DNA of 64,000 bases from Microbotryum violaceum (Eukaryota), in NCBI GenBank assembly GCA_001244265.2, contig CDLV01000004.1, forward strand, positions 868,001 to 932,000, read 5' to 3'. Position numbers and translations under genes: made by a program. This document shows positions 18,153 through 30,377 of this stretch, piece by piece; the first letter of the stretch is position 1; the number at the start of each line of letters is the position of its first letter. The notes under the pieces were generated by a model that saw nothing but the letters and a program-made list of their open reading frames with translations, did no database searches and was not told the origin of the DNA.

Positions 18153-19691
18153 CTAGGTTCGGCAGCGCGCTCCGCGCGCCACCTCACACCGTAACCGTTG
18201 ACCTGCAATGTGATGTACTTGGTTGCAACAGCTGCGGTACTGTTGAGTCACGGGAGCGTAGTGGTTGAAGTCGGGAGAGAAGCGCGCGATGACAATCAAA
18301 TGTACAGAGCCTTCATTTCATCATTGAACTACTTTTTCGTTCTCCGGGAGGCCGATGATGGGCTCAGACCGTCGTCGAGACCCGTGTCGAGTGCGTAGAC
18401 CTTTTCACGGGTGTCGCAAGCTTGACTTGCGAGCTGCCAATCGAACCGAACCGTACATGTTGGAATATCCTTTCGACCAGCTGGAAACATCGACGGGGCT
18501 GCATCAGCGCCTCTCGTTTCATCACTGGGAGCCCGCTGATCGGCTAAGACCGTCGTCGAGACCCGCGTCGAGTGTGGAGCAACGCCATCCCGGTGATGTT
18601 GAGACTCTGAAGATACTCGATCAAGAACAGTGTGATTCGTCTTCTTTTTCGACCTGTAGAACGTTTGAGCGTCACCCGGCAGCAGGTCGAGCACCATGTC
18701 GTTGATGTGGTCCACCTGCAAATTTTTGGGCGCCAGTTTTGCTCGCTCTCGGAAGTATTCGACTTTTTCGCGTATCGACATATTGTCCAGTTCGAGCGCG
18801 GGATGGGGTAAACGTGTCTGATTAACCCGGATCTGTTCCTCGTGGTCGCCGGCAGGAGAAGTTCACGTGGGAGCGCGATGAAGTCTTCTGTTTTGCTTGC
18901 CAAGCCGTCCCCAACTCCGAAGAAATCTGCAAAGCGCTGTGCCTTTGCCTGTTCCGTTTCGGTCATGCGGTCTGCAGCGGCCACAAGCCAGAAGACGCAT
19001 TGTTGGTTTGCGCTCGCACCGTGCCGTTGTTAGTATAGGGTCTAAAGGTCAGGCAAGGACTACTGCTTACAGAGAGATCCCCGCAGAAGTCAGCATTCAT
19101 GATGCAAGCGTCGACGATTTGTGTAGGCGATGACTTGGGAATAACGGGAAGGCATTGCTTCGAATCCCCTGTGATGTTACAGTCCAACCAGTCAGTTAAT
19201 CATGCTGCCCAGCGCTTTTCTTTGGAAAGATTGGCACACACCTGCCAACACGACGGTCACTCCACCGAACCGAGCCGTTGAGGATCTGCCACGGGATGGT
19301 GAGCCGCAATTCACGGAACCTGTGTGATGTAACAGTCCAACCGGTTAGTTAGTCATGCTGCCCTGCGCTTTGCTTTTGAAAGATTGGCACATACCTGCCA
19401 ACGCGATGGTCACCCCACCAAACCGAGCCGTGGAATAACGGGAAGGCATTGCTTCGGATTTCCTGTGATGTTACAGTCCAACCGGTCAGTTAGTCATGCT
19501 GCCCTGCGTTTTGCTTTTGAAAGATTGGCACACCCCTGCCAACGCGATGGTCACCCCACCGAACCAAGACGTTGAGGATCTGCCACGGGATGGTGAGCCG
19601 CAAGTCACGCAATCAGAGCCTGTTTTCTTGCGTGATTCGACTATCGGTATTCTTGCTGTTGTCCAGTGTAGCAATGGCAGTGAAGACTCAC
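18153..19691 (-). mobile_element. Helitron remnant (Pif1-like helicase part and 3' terminus)
   Basis: FGGV..LAG / GD.KQCLPVIP (motif III), LAPKN..VD.IN..VL and EYLQSLN. The 3' end is a hairpin GCGCGC-3nt-GCGCGC (18165-18179) followed by CTAG|T. Confidence 0.85.
19135..19570 (-). repeat. ~140-bp tandem repeat (about 3 copies) of the Helitron helicase motif-III exon+intron unit
   Basis: GGAATAACGGGAAGGCATTGCTTCG...TGAAAGATTGGCACA...CCAAC recurs. Confidence 0.85.
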
Positions 19692-20256
19692 ATTTAGTGT
19701 GCCGATGACCCGGATTCTCAACCGTACGAAATCAATCCTTCCGCTGTTTCACTGACTTTCAATGTCTGTTTTTCGTATCAGTTTTTCCGTCATATCTAAG
19801 ACTGCACAGTCATGTCAAGGGATAACTCACGCATGCAGTGTCACCAGCTGACAGTGAAGAAACAACTCGAGGGTGACATTCAAAGAAGACGTGTTGAAGG
19901 GAACTGCTGCTTGGTAGTTTTCCATTAGCTTCTGAACGATCCCACACCAAGAGCACAGTTGATCAAGTTACTTACTCGAATTCGTAGCTATGTTGCATGC
20001 GGCAGCCATTTCTTGATCCCGTATTCGTTGCAGAGCTTCCACGACGACCGCTTCGCATGTCGCGAGCTCGAGGTGGCGATGGGATGAGGTGCGATGGGCA
20101 TGGTGTGAAGAGCAGGAGGGAGAAAGATGGAGAAGGCTGCGCCTCAGTTTGAACCGGACTCATAGAATGTCGTGGAAGGCCGCGGAACGTCGTGGAGTGA
20201 AGGCCCGTGACACGCTGGCGGGGCCCCTAACGGCGGCATTGGCGCACTGGCCGACG

Positions 20257-20960
20257 CTACCCGAGGTCTGGAACTGCTTCAAAGCGTGGACGAACGAGTC
20301 TCAAGCTTGGAGGTGAAGAAATGCGGGCCCGTTGTACTTGCCGTGCGACATTGAGACTGCCTGCTGCCGGTGCAGTTGACTTGACGAACCAGTTTGCGCG
20401 ACGTCGTCTTGATCGGTTTCGCGCTGCTGCTTCTGGCGAAGGCATCGTTGCCGCTGAGCTTCGGCGATTGTTCGAGGTTCCTGGCGGCGGCGTCTGTGCG
20501 ATTAGAGCGGGAGTCGGGTTGTGCGGAGGGGCGCCTGCAGCCTCGCGAGCGGCGCGCTCAGCTCGCTCACGTTGCCGACGTCTTTGCTGCCCCTGTGCTC
20601 TACGTGAAGGTTGTCGTTGAGGAAACGGCACATGAAAGTTAGCAGATGACATGTCGGCAGTTGCAGCGGTTGTTGGCGGCGGCGTCTGTGTGATTAGAGC
20701 GGAAGTCGGGTTGGGCGGAGGAGCGCGAAGGCGGCGGGCATCCATACATTCAAGTTTTTACTGTCCTCATGCGCGAGGTCTGGGCTGATAATTTCCTCCC
20801 CCTTTGCACATAGCGCGAAGCAGCCTCGTTGGCGGCCCTCTCAGCCTCGCGGACGGCGCGCTGACCTCCCTCACATTGGCGCCGTCTCGGCTGCCCCTGT
20901 CCTCTCCATGAAGATTCGTAGTGGAGAGTCTTCTGTACGTGAAAGTTTACAGATGACATT
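20257..20960 (-). repeat. Internally duplicated Arg/Pro-rich ORF fragments, possibly a Helitron N-terminus
   Basis: MSSANFHV / MSSVNFHV and PPPNPTSALITQTPPP / PPHNPTPALIAQTPPP duplications. A further homolog lies at about 27410-27560. Confidence 0.55.
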
Positions 20961-21179
20961 TCGACAGTGGCAGGAAGTAGATGCTCGAAGTAACTACGCT
21001 ACGATGTGGTAGACACGCAAGACAGGTCGTCTGAGCCAGAGTCATTGATTTGATGGAAAATGGAACCTCGGCGAACGTAGAGGAAACGGGCTGTCACTGG
21101 CCGACCCCTGCTAAAACCACGCTAGCTAGCTGGGCCGGGGGACGCGGTGGACCGAGAGCTGCTGATGATGTCACGCCAC

Positions 21180-23812
21180 GTAAGTCTTCACTGCTATTGC
21201 TACAGATGGACAACAGCAAGAATACTGATAGTTGCAGCGAATCACGCAAGAAAACAGGCTCTGGTTGCGTGATTTGCGGCTCACCATCCCGTGGCAGGTC
21301 CTCAATGTCTCGGTTCGGTGGGGTGACGATCACGTTGGCAGGTGTGTGCGAAACTTTCAAAAGCAAAACGCAGGCAGCATGACTAATGACCGGTTCGACT
21401 GTAACAGCACAGGGGATCCGAAGCAATGTCTTCCCGTTATTCCACGGCTCGGTTCGGTGTAGTGACCGTCGTGTTGGCAGGTATGTGCCAATATTTCAAA
21501 AGCAAAACGCAGGGCAGCATGACTAATGACCGGTTCGACCGTAACAGCACAGGGGATCCGAAGCAATGTCTTCCCGTTATTCCACGGCTCGGTTCGGTGT
21601 AGTGACCGTCGTGTTGGCAGGTATGTGCCAATATTTCAAAAGCAAAACGCAGGGCAGCATGACTAATGACCGGTTCGACTGTAACAGCACAGGGGATCCG
21701 AAGCAATGTCTTCCCGTTATTCCACGGCTCGGTTCGGTGTAGTGGCCGTCGTGTTGGCAGGTATGTGCCAATATTTCAAAAGCAAGGCGCAGGGCAGCAT
21801 GACTGACTGACCGGTTGGACTGTAACATCACAGAAGATCCGAAGCAATGCCATCCCGTTATTCCACGGCTCGGTGCGGTGGAGTGTGGACCGTCGTGTTG
21901 GCAGGTGCGTGCCGATCCGTGCAGCTGTGCAGAACGGACAGCGTGGTCAGCGCGATGGCCAACTCGACGCTGGGCTCGCCCCACCACCACCTCCGCAAAG
22001 GCGAGTGCGCCGGGCTCGAATCGCGTTCAAACCCCTCAAGCCCCACGTTTCGATCCGCGACGACCTCGGCCCGCAGACGGCCGTGTGCACCCACTGCAAG
22101 GCTCGGCACTGGGAGTGCAAAAGGTCCAAGTCGACCAGACACTTCAGCGCGTGCTGCTCGCAGGGCAAGGTGCGGCTATCTCCCCTCCCCAGCCCAATTT
22201 CGAGTATCGGCAGCTTCTTGAAGGCTCGGATAGCGGTCAGTTGCTCCGTCCAATAACATCTCTCTGCAGTATGGCCCACATGCTGAACTGTGTGATGCAC
22301 CTACACAGACGCTAAAGCATTCCGCGAGAATGCCCGGTCTTACAACAACGCACTATCCTTTACTTCGCTCGCTACCCACTGGGACCAAACCCAAGTGGGC
22401 ACTCTAGGACCTCCCGTGTTTCGCGTGTTCGGCCGCCTCTATCATTGACTCGGTGCCCTGATCCCTGCCGTGAATCAACGCCCAGCCTTTGCCCAGACAT
22501 GGCTGATCGACCCGGCCGAGGCCACCAACACACGACTTCAAGGACCCGACAGCACAGAGACTCGCATACAAAGTTCAACGCTGACCAAGCTAGAGTCCAT
22601 GTTGCGCACTGGCAATCGCTTTGTGAGGGAGTTCGCATCGGCCAAAGCCCGCGCGGGTTGGGATACAGCCAATGAGTGGGTCCTGCGCCTCTGTCTACCA
22701 CCTGGCCGAGACCGACGCACCCACAACCTTCCTACGTCAAGCACGGAAATGGCGATGCTTATCTGCGATTCCGGCACCAACACGGGAGATCGTGGACCGC
22801 AAGACCTTATTCTCCAGGTGCACGGTGATCGATGTCCCGATGGTCGGCCCAAGTACCAAATCGTTAGCTCGCTCCATCCGTCCGCGATGCCTCTCCGTTA
22901 CCCACTACTCTTTCCTGCAGGGGAAGATGGCTTCCACCCCAACATTCCTCTTTGCGGTTTCAACCAAGCTGGGCTGCCCATCGCCAGAAACCGAGAGCAG
23001 ATCGACAATGGTGTCCAATTGCGCGAGCTACTTGCCGGCCTTGGTCCAGATGAAGAAGACGAAGAGGAGGACGAAGACCGCGACAATGAGGATGAAGACG
23101 GCGAGGAAGGGGACGAAGAGGATGGTGATGGCGAACGTACGCGTCTTCGGCTCTTTCTCTGATGTTCCATTCTACCGAAGGCGCAAGCACAGACTGAAAT
23201 TGAACTTTTGAACACCTAGGACGAAGGTCAAGTAAAGGGGTCGAGGTGGCGAGTCTCGCGTTCACAATTCTTTGCGCACTACTTGCCAAACGCGACGAGC
23301 ACTTCTCAATCCCGCATTGCACCCAACGTCCCCCTGGAGTTCGTGAATTACGGATGTACTCCCAAGTCAAGACCGATTGACTCAACACATCCGGTTACAT
23401 CAAGAGAACCTACGCTTCACCACGACCCAAGGCATCAACGGCTTGACCCCGAACCAAATCGCGACATCACGCAGCGATACCAGGATGCGATGGCGTGCGT
23501 TGTCAAACATGGAAAGCCTCCGCTGCTCATCACGATGACGTACGACCCCGAAGCGCCGGAAATCAAGGCTGCACTGGGGCCGATAAAGCATGCAACCGTC
23601 CGGATCTCATTGCACGAGTGTTTGAAGCCAAGTCCGGCAACAAGCGACATGCAGGCTGTTTCGGCAATGAATGTAAGATGAATGGATTTTGTTTCTTTGC
23701 TGTATTTCGTATTGTGTTTTCTTAACCTCTGCGCTGATATCATGCAGACTGTTCGATTATCCTGCTATTTTTTGAATTTCATCCTCCCGTTAATTTAACG
23801 GGTTCCCACTGG
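21180..23812 (+). mobile_element. Rearranged Helitron: helicase fragment, Zn finger, Helitron N-region, Rep motif, 3' end
   Basis: CTHCKARHW..CCSQGKV, YNNALSFTS, AFAQ, NLPT..E.A, YPLLFP.GE.G and YQDAMA.V..GKP.L.ITMT...NRPDLIARVF. The terminal hairpin CCCGTTAA-T-TTAACGGG (23786-23802) is followed by CTGG|T. Confidence 0.88.
21342..21904 (+). repeat. 140-bp tandem array (4 units), each a 72-bp GT-AG intron plus a 68-bp exon
   Basis: Units start at 21342, 21481, 21621 and 21761: GTATGT...GACTAAT...ACAG, then GGGATCCGAAGCAATGTCTTCCCG (GDPKQCLP). Confidence 0.92.
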
Positions 23813-23827
23813 TTTTTAAAATTGAGC

Positions 23828-23935
23828 AAAGGACAAAAATGCCCTCGAAAGATAGCGAAAGGACAAAAATGCCCTCGAAAGATAGCGAAAGGACGAAAAT
23901 GCCCTCGCTTCTTTTCTAAGGGACCAAAATGCCCT
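23828..23935. repeat. 30-bp-period array AAAGGACAAAAATGCCCT, resembling Mutator-type subterminal repeats
   Basis: Four copies of GGAC.AAAATGCCCT. Confidence 0.75.
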
Positions 23936-24889
23936 GGGATTCTCGACTTCTGTAAGACTTGATATATCAGCTCATATCCAAGAGGGTAGCTTCTTGTAGT
24001 CGTTGTGATCAGCGCCGTATACTCAGAATCCCCAGAGATGCCGTGAGAATTCAGTTATCACGGTCGCAAAGTCAGGGCCCTATCGCGACTGAAGCGAGTC
24101 CAAGTCGAAAGCGAACGATGAGTATAGACCGCAGTGGATTCCCATATGATACAGACCAGCATGCATTCAACTTGTAGTAGCATTGACACTTTTAACGCCT
24201 GATGCTCATATTCAAATGGTCTTATCTATCGCACGTAACTCGATTGTGTCCGGGCCTTTTGCAAAGGCCACAGATCATGCGCGCTTGGACCTCTCGTCCG
24301 CACCCCGGATCCTGCGCTCGATCGGACGTCGTGTACGCTTGGAGAGATGTGACGGAACGATAATGACACCCTCTTCTTCGCCAGTTGAGTCACCATCGTC
24401 CACTTCACCGCGACCTCATGACGCTCACGAGGAAGACGATGCAGCTTCCATTCGGCCCGAGATGGAACAGGTTGGAGCGGTGTCGCGTAAGTCTGCTCTT
24501 GCTGTCGCCGGTGTGTAGCAGCGATCGGTGACTGTGGGCTTCATTGAAGACAATGATGGTCCAAACATTGCATTTTTTTTTTTGGAGATAGCAGTGGCAG
24601 AGAAGGAGCACGGAGGATCTTGGACACTTGCTCACGACGCGTGTCAGACTTGCGAATGTCGAGCTGAAAATGGTGATCAAGCGCACATTGATGGCCCGCA
24701 TCTGTGAGCTCCTTCTTTTCGTAGAGACTGCCCCCCTTTCTGAAAGAATGTTCCATTGTCGAAAGCCGGTGGTGACTTCGATGTCGGAGCGAGAATGTGG
24801 AAGGTGGCCAACGTCGATTCGCGAACTCGCGCGCCTCGACGCGTCGACGATCGATGAGGCCCCCTGACTTTGCGACCGTGATAACTTGG

Positions 24890-26640
24890 TACTCATTCGC
24901 ACAAATCTAGCCGTCTTGCAGTTGACGGTGCCTTGCTTGTTTCGCATCTCGTGACCGGATCCGAGCAACGTGACTACCGATGCACCTGCACTCTCAAGGC
25001 GCCGCCATCCTTCGTCGAACGAGCTGCCAAAGTCCATCGCATAGATGGTTCTTGGTGTAGTCGTTTGCATTCGACCCCAGAGAGTTATCGACGTGACACT
25101 GCCTCCGTGGAAGACTGCGACCTCTTCGGTCAAGTCGAGAAATTTTGCGAAGGGCGTTGCGCCGTTTTCTTGAGCGTGTGCAGCTTGTAGCCCGGCAGCT
25201 GGGCATGCAAGGCATGATTCCTCGGCAAAGTGTCCCGGAGATCGTCCAGTGTAGGTATGTCGTACTTGAGTCGGAGGATCATCATCATGTTCCGCATCTC
25301 CGCCGAATTCATGCCAGACTCGACGGATTTTGACTTGCTTCTCATCCCCCCTTGATGTAACCCATCATCGTCTCCGTTCCGCAAGCCGAGTACTCGCGAA
25401 GCGGCCCCATTCTCTTCATAACATCGGGAACGTGCATAAGACGATGATTCGTGGCGGGGAACAGATGAAGGAACTCGGGATCTCGATCATAGAGAAGCTT
25501 CTCGTGCAGTAGCAGCGTCTGTTCGATGAGAACATAGAGGTAGGTGTACGGGATGGGAACCTCCTCGCCCTTTTCATCGAACTCGTACATACGAAGTTGT
25601 TCGGGCCGGTCGACGTCCGGTAGGCGATCGAAAAAGTCAACGGAGTCGTCGATGAAGACATCGGTCTTCATCGCCGCAAACATTCGGATGGTGAGCGCCG
25701 TCAGTTGCTCGAACTCAGGTTCCTTGAATTGCTGGTACGAAAGCGGTCCCAGGTCACGCAAGATGAAAAGTTCCCGTTCGATTCCTTTCCATTTCTTCCT
25801 TTCTCGGCTAAGGGCCTGACAATCACACCCTCCACTCTCGCGAAGTACGGCCGAGACAACAGCTGCGCACAAGTCATGCGAACGATCGCGTCGGAGGACA
25901 ACGTCATGGAGTGCTTGCGTGCCTTCGAGTCCAAGTCACCGACGAGGATATTGATGAAAGTGCTGCCACTGTTGATACCAATCAGATGCATATAATCCAA
26001 TGGTAGGAACATGGAGTAAGCATCCTTGAACAGGTCAAGCGCCTCGATCGGAGCTTCGCCTGATATCCCCGTACGACGCCGCAGTGATTCGAGCTTGGTC
26101 GGGTGTCGTTTCATTGCTTCAACCACCCGACGGTAGTGCTTGTAGTTGCGCTCGTTATCCAGTCGAACGTCCCGTCCACCAGGGATTTGGAATGTCGTGG
26201 CGGTGTCGACAAGCCCAGCCCACTCGGGATGGTCGAGCACCGATACGATCACTCCCTCGTCGTTTTCGAACGCTTTCGCATGAGGAACACAGAAAGGCAG
26301 ATAGCCTTTGGTGTATCCAGGTGCGTAATGAGGTAAGCTGATGATCGAGCAGATCAAGTACGAAGCGAGGCCTCTTGCTCCCACAAGGTTCCAAGGGCTG
26401 CTTGCTCCAGCGTGTCGGCTATGCAAACCACGATCCTGTCTCTGCAAAGCACGTGCCTGTCCCGAGCGGCTGAAAAGGATGTACGCTCCCCTTCGAAGAT
26501 GTGAAGCTGTTGACAGAATGTTTCGAGGAATGACTGCTCGTCTTTGGGTTTCTGAGGGCCGTTCACGGAGATGACAAAGTGCGATGATAGCTTCCAACGA
26601 AGTTCGAGGGGCAGGGTATGGTATAGCAAAGCGGTCGATC
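24890..26640 (-). pseudogene. CACTA/EnSpm-like transposase (Transposase_21 and DUF4218-like), frameshifted and 5'-truncated
   Basis: LP.ELRWK...GPQKPKDEQSFL, IAD, LDYMHL, KWKG.E and HRLMH.PD.MKRMGPL...E..MG.IK motifs across frames. Confidence 0.78.
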
Positions 26641-26675
26641 AAATATGTAATGGAATGATAAGGGGAAACGATGGA

Positions 26676-26835
26676 ACCGAGACCGAAGACGAGGGAGACG
26701 AGATACGAGACACGCAAGAGAGAGCGACCGGAACGGCCGAGAGACGAGAGACGAGAAAGGGGTCCCAACCGAGAAACGAGACCGAGTACGAGACGAAACG
26801 CTGAGACCGGAGACTGGAGACGAGAGACTTGAAAC
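26676..26835. repeat. GAGAC(C/G)GA-rich array, probable DNA-transposon subterminal repeats
   Basis: More than 10 degenerate GAGAC/GAAAC+GA units. Confidence 0.65.
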
Positions 26836-27137
26836 ACGCAGAAAGTGAGAACCAGTTAAGATGCTGTATTGGATCCTAGAAGTGGTCTGGCTAAGAACAA
26901 GAAGCAAACTCCCCTCAAACGTTCCGACCATTCAAACCGCTGCGCTCCTTTCATTCCCCTTCATCCCTTCGTCCGCGCATCCGACCCGGTCTTCCACTCA
27001 AATCCCGTCACATGATTCGTCGCTGACAGCCAAGTCCGAGTCACCGAAGTACTGAGTTTATCCGGGACCGCTTAACCGCTGAGAAATCTGCCAAAACCGG
27101 CGTTTGGTAGATCCCTGCCCGGACTAGTGGAAATTGA

Positions 27138-27400
27138 AACGACTCCCGACTTGGCCCTCGAAACGACTTCGGAACTCGACCCTGCTTCGACCGATACGAC
27201 TTCGGAACTCGATCCTGCTTCAACCGAAACAATTCCGCTACAACCGCTGCTTCCGACGGAATTCCAAGTACCACAGACCCCCGCTAAAACCGGAATGACT
27301 CCTGACGGGGCCCGCTATGTCGGAAATGTCTCCCGCGGAATCCCGAGACACCCTGAGTCCGGCCCGCTATGTCGGAAATGCCTCCGAGGGGATCCCGGGT
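27138..27400. repeat. 33-bp repeats (ACGACTTCGGAACTCGA.CCTGCTTC.ACCGA) and 20-bp repeats (GGCCCGCTATGTCGGAAATG)
   Basis: Direct repeats visible in the sequence. Confidence 0.7.
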
Positions 27401-30367
27401 ACCACACTTCTCGCCAAGGTGTCGCTGCCGCTGAGCTTCCGATCTGCGATTGTTCGAGGTTCCTGGCGGCGGCGACTGTGCGATTAGGGCGGGAGTTGGG
27501 TTGTGCGGAGAAACGCGAGCTGCCTCGCTGGCGGCGCGCGTTCAGCCCTGCTCAGCCTCGCTGCGGCAGGACCCCCGAAAGCCCAGCCAGAGGCGCATGC
27601 GGAAAAACGCCCTTTTTTGGCCTTTTTGTCAAAGTTTTTTTACCCTATTTTGGCCTCAAAATGTCAAAATTTCGCATGCGCCTCGGAAATGTTATCAAAA
27701 TGTGTTCTACATGCTCCAAAAATCGCTCAAAAGTCCTCGAGGGTGGGTAATACCCAGGCGCGCGGTAATACCCCCCAGCCGGGTATTAACTTTGACATGG
27801 GTAATATCTGCTTGGATGGAGTGCTAACAATAAAACTACCATCTCCTTCAGTAAAACCTACTAACCATTCAAGAAAATTCTGAGATGGTAAAGGTTTTGT
27901 ATCACCAAACCGTTCAACAAAAGCTTCTGTCCTTTTTTTTTACAAGGCAAAAAAAAGGAAAGAAAGCAGTAAAATCACTATTCCCCCGGCCTCCGGGTTT
28001 CCGTACGTGCAGCATAGTTATTACCGGGTTCGGGGGTTATTGCCACCACAATACCACCTCACGGATGTCTAGAACTTCTCTGTAACACTCTTTGCCTCTG
28101 GCAGTGGATGAAACGGACGAGTGAAGGAAGACAGTGTATTATTCCAGGTTCAAAAAATTGGGCCGAGCTTCATCATCCATCCGGTCAAAGATGTACTCCC
28201 GAGACTCCTCTCGACCAACCCTCCGATGTATGCGACCAGCTGAGGCCAGGATGCACCGCAGATCCACAATCTCGACCGCTCCTGAAGCATGTTGAACTCA
28301 AGTGAAACACAAGTTCTGATGCTTTTGCGCTCCTACTGGAGACGCAGCCTTCCGCTTTTGCCGCTTTGGCGTCGGCTTGGCAATCGGGGCCTGTTCGATC
28401 GCGTCGTAGACGGGTTGCAAGTGGCTCAAACCAAGCGACCGTACCTTCCCAAGCAGGAAGTTCTGTGAAACGATAAGAACGTGTCAGGGTTGTAGGTCCA
28501 CCTGGCACAATCAGGTGGGAATGTATGAAGGAGCAATATACCACTGCACCAAAAGGCGTGGCACCTCCACTTCAGTGAGCGCATATTGTCCTAGAAGTGA
28601 GATGGAGCGAAGTTCAGCATCTTTCATCTTTCATCCCAATCGCACCACCCTACCTCTGCAAACGTCAATACATCGAATACATCAACTGCTATACCAGCTA
28701 ACGACCCGATGCCCGACCAGGCACCGCCTGTTCCGGGCCGCGGCCCTCCGGAGCCGGCAGCGACGGGACAACCACGTGGTGACGCGGGGGCGGAGGCCGA
28801 TGCCGCCGAGGGACCAGCGAACCCCGGCCTAGCGCTGTACCAGGAAAAGCGTGATGAAGAACAGAAGAGGAAAGATGATGTCGCGAGAATCCTGAAGATG
28901 ATCAGTGTCGAAGATGACACACACCAGGGCACCCGCATCCTTGTGCTCAAAGACGCACTCGGCTTCGGCAAGGACCGGGCCACCTCCCTGCGCTTCAGCG
29001 CTCTCAATGCAACGAAACCAATCGCCGACACGTCTGGTGCCGTTCTGGAAGTCACGTTCAAACACACGCACGCGAGAAGTCCGAGGTGTACTCGAAGGTG
29101 CTCCGTACCCTGTCGCCCGACACCTTGTTGTGTTTTAACCTGCCCGCAGGAGTTATCCTCCCGCCCGAGCCCCAGAATACGCTCCAATCATCCATGGAGT
29201 CGCACCAGAATCGATCAGCCAAAGCGGTAACACCCGATTCAAGTTCGTGGTGCGCTGCGCTGGCGCAGTGGCGCTTGACCACGTCCACGACGCGGCGACC
29301 AAGATCGAGTGGAAACGCTCCTTTGCCCAAGTCCGCAAGCGCTTGGCGTTCGTCAAAAACGTCGTCGAACTGCGTTTCATTATCAGTCCTAAGGCCGAAT
29401 ACACGAACGACGACCTCTGGAACAAACTGCAAGGCATTGTCGCCAAGCTTACCGGGGACGGCCACAAGTGCGACTTGCTCCAACTCCAGCAGCCTCTAAC
29501 GGTCGTTCAAGGCTCGTACTTCGTCGCTCGAGGAAACTACGCGGCCATCGTCCAGTTCGACGACGACGACCTGTTCAAGAACAACGGTGCTCAACTCCGG
29601 CAGGTTCTACCGACGAGGATCGACCTCCGGGGACGACTCGCAACACTCACGCCCCTTCGCCACGACTATGAGGCCGAAGCCTCGTGCCGCCGATGCGGTG
29701 TTGTAGGCCACTCCGACAACTGCGTTCAAAAGCCGGTCCAGCGTCAGCAGGCCGCCCAGAAAAACAACAACAACCAAAGGCCACAGGCCAAGCCCCAAAG
29801 CAACATCGAGCAAACCTCGACCCCCCGAAAACAACGCAGAGGTGATGTAGCCTCTCCCTCTCCTCCAATGTCTCCTGTCGCGTCCAAACGTTCAAAGAAG
29901 AACGCATCTCACACAAGGGACACTAACAACTCACCACGAGTCTACCCTACTCGTTCACAAAGCTTTTCACCTACAGCATCCGCCACTCGCAGTTTCATTG
30001 TCGCCGCAAACCCATTCGCAAGTCTGGCCGGCGACGTGGCCGAGGAGGCGCAGGAGGAGCCCGCTCAGGCTCTCGAGGACGCAATGAGCGTAGTCGAGGC
30101 ACAGCTGGAACAACAGCAGGAGATGCCGCCGCTGGAGCCTTCGGATCTGTCGGATCTGCAGGACCGCGGAGCGGAGGGTGTTAGAAGTGGGGTCTGAGAG
30201 CCTAGCTCATTGCTATTAGTCTTGGTTAATACTTTATTCTGCGCGCGCGCCTATCTTTGTCTTTGCATCTTTTTTCCTTCTGGGTTCCTTCTCCACGCTA
30301 TTCTCATCATCTCACTCGTGTATCTCGGAGCTGAGTCGTGGAGTACCTCTTAGTCCTTGTTGCAACA

Positions 30368-30377
30368 GGTTATGAGC
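30368..30377 (+). promoter_or_regulatory. Primer-binding site (half-tRNAi-Met type)
   Basis: GGTTATGAGC directly after the 5' LTR. This PBS type is used by Copia/Ty5-like elements, and the gag ATG lies inside it. Confidence 0.75.

Noticed and set aside
21342-21904. CRISPR-like array
   Set aside because: The units are fully repeated with no unique spacers, they derive from Helitron coding sequence and intron, and the context is eukaryotic.
23807-23811. CACTG as a CACTA terminus
   Set aside because: Better explained as a Helitron end (hairpin + CTGG|T). No partner TIR was found.
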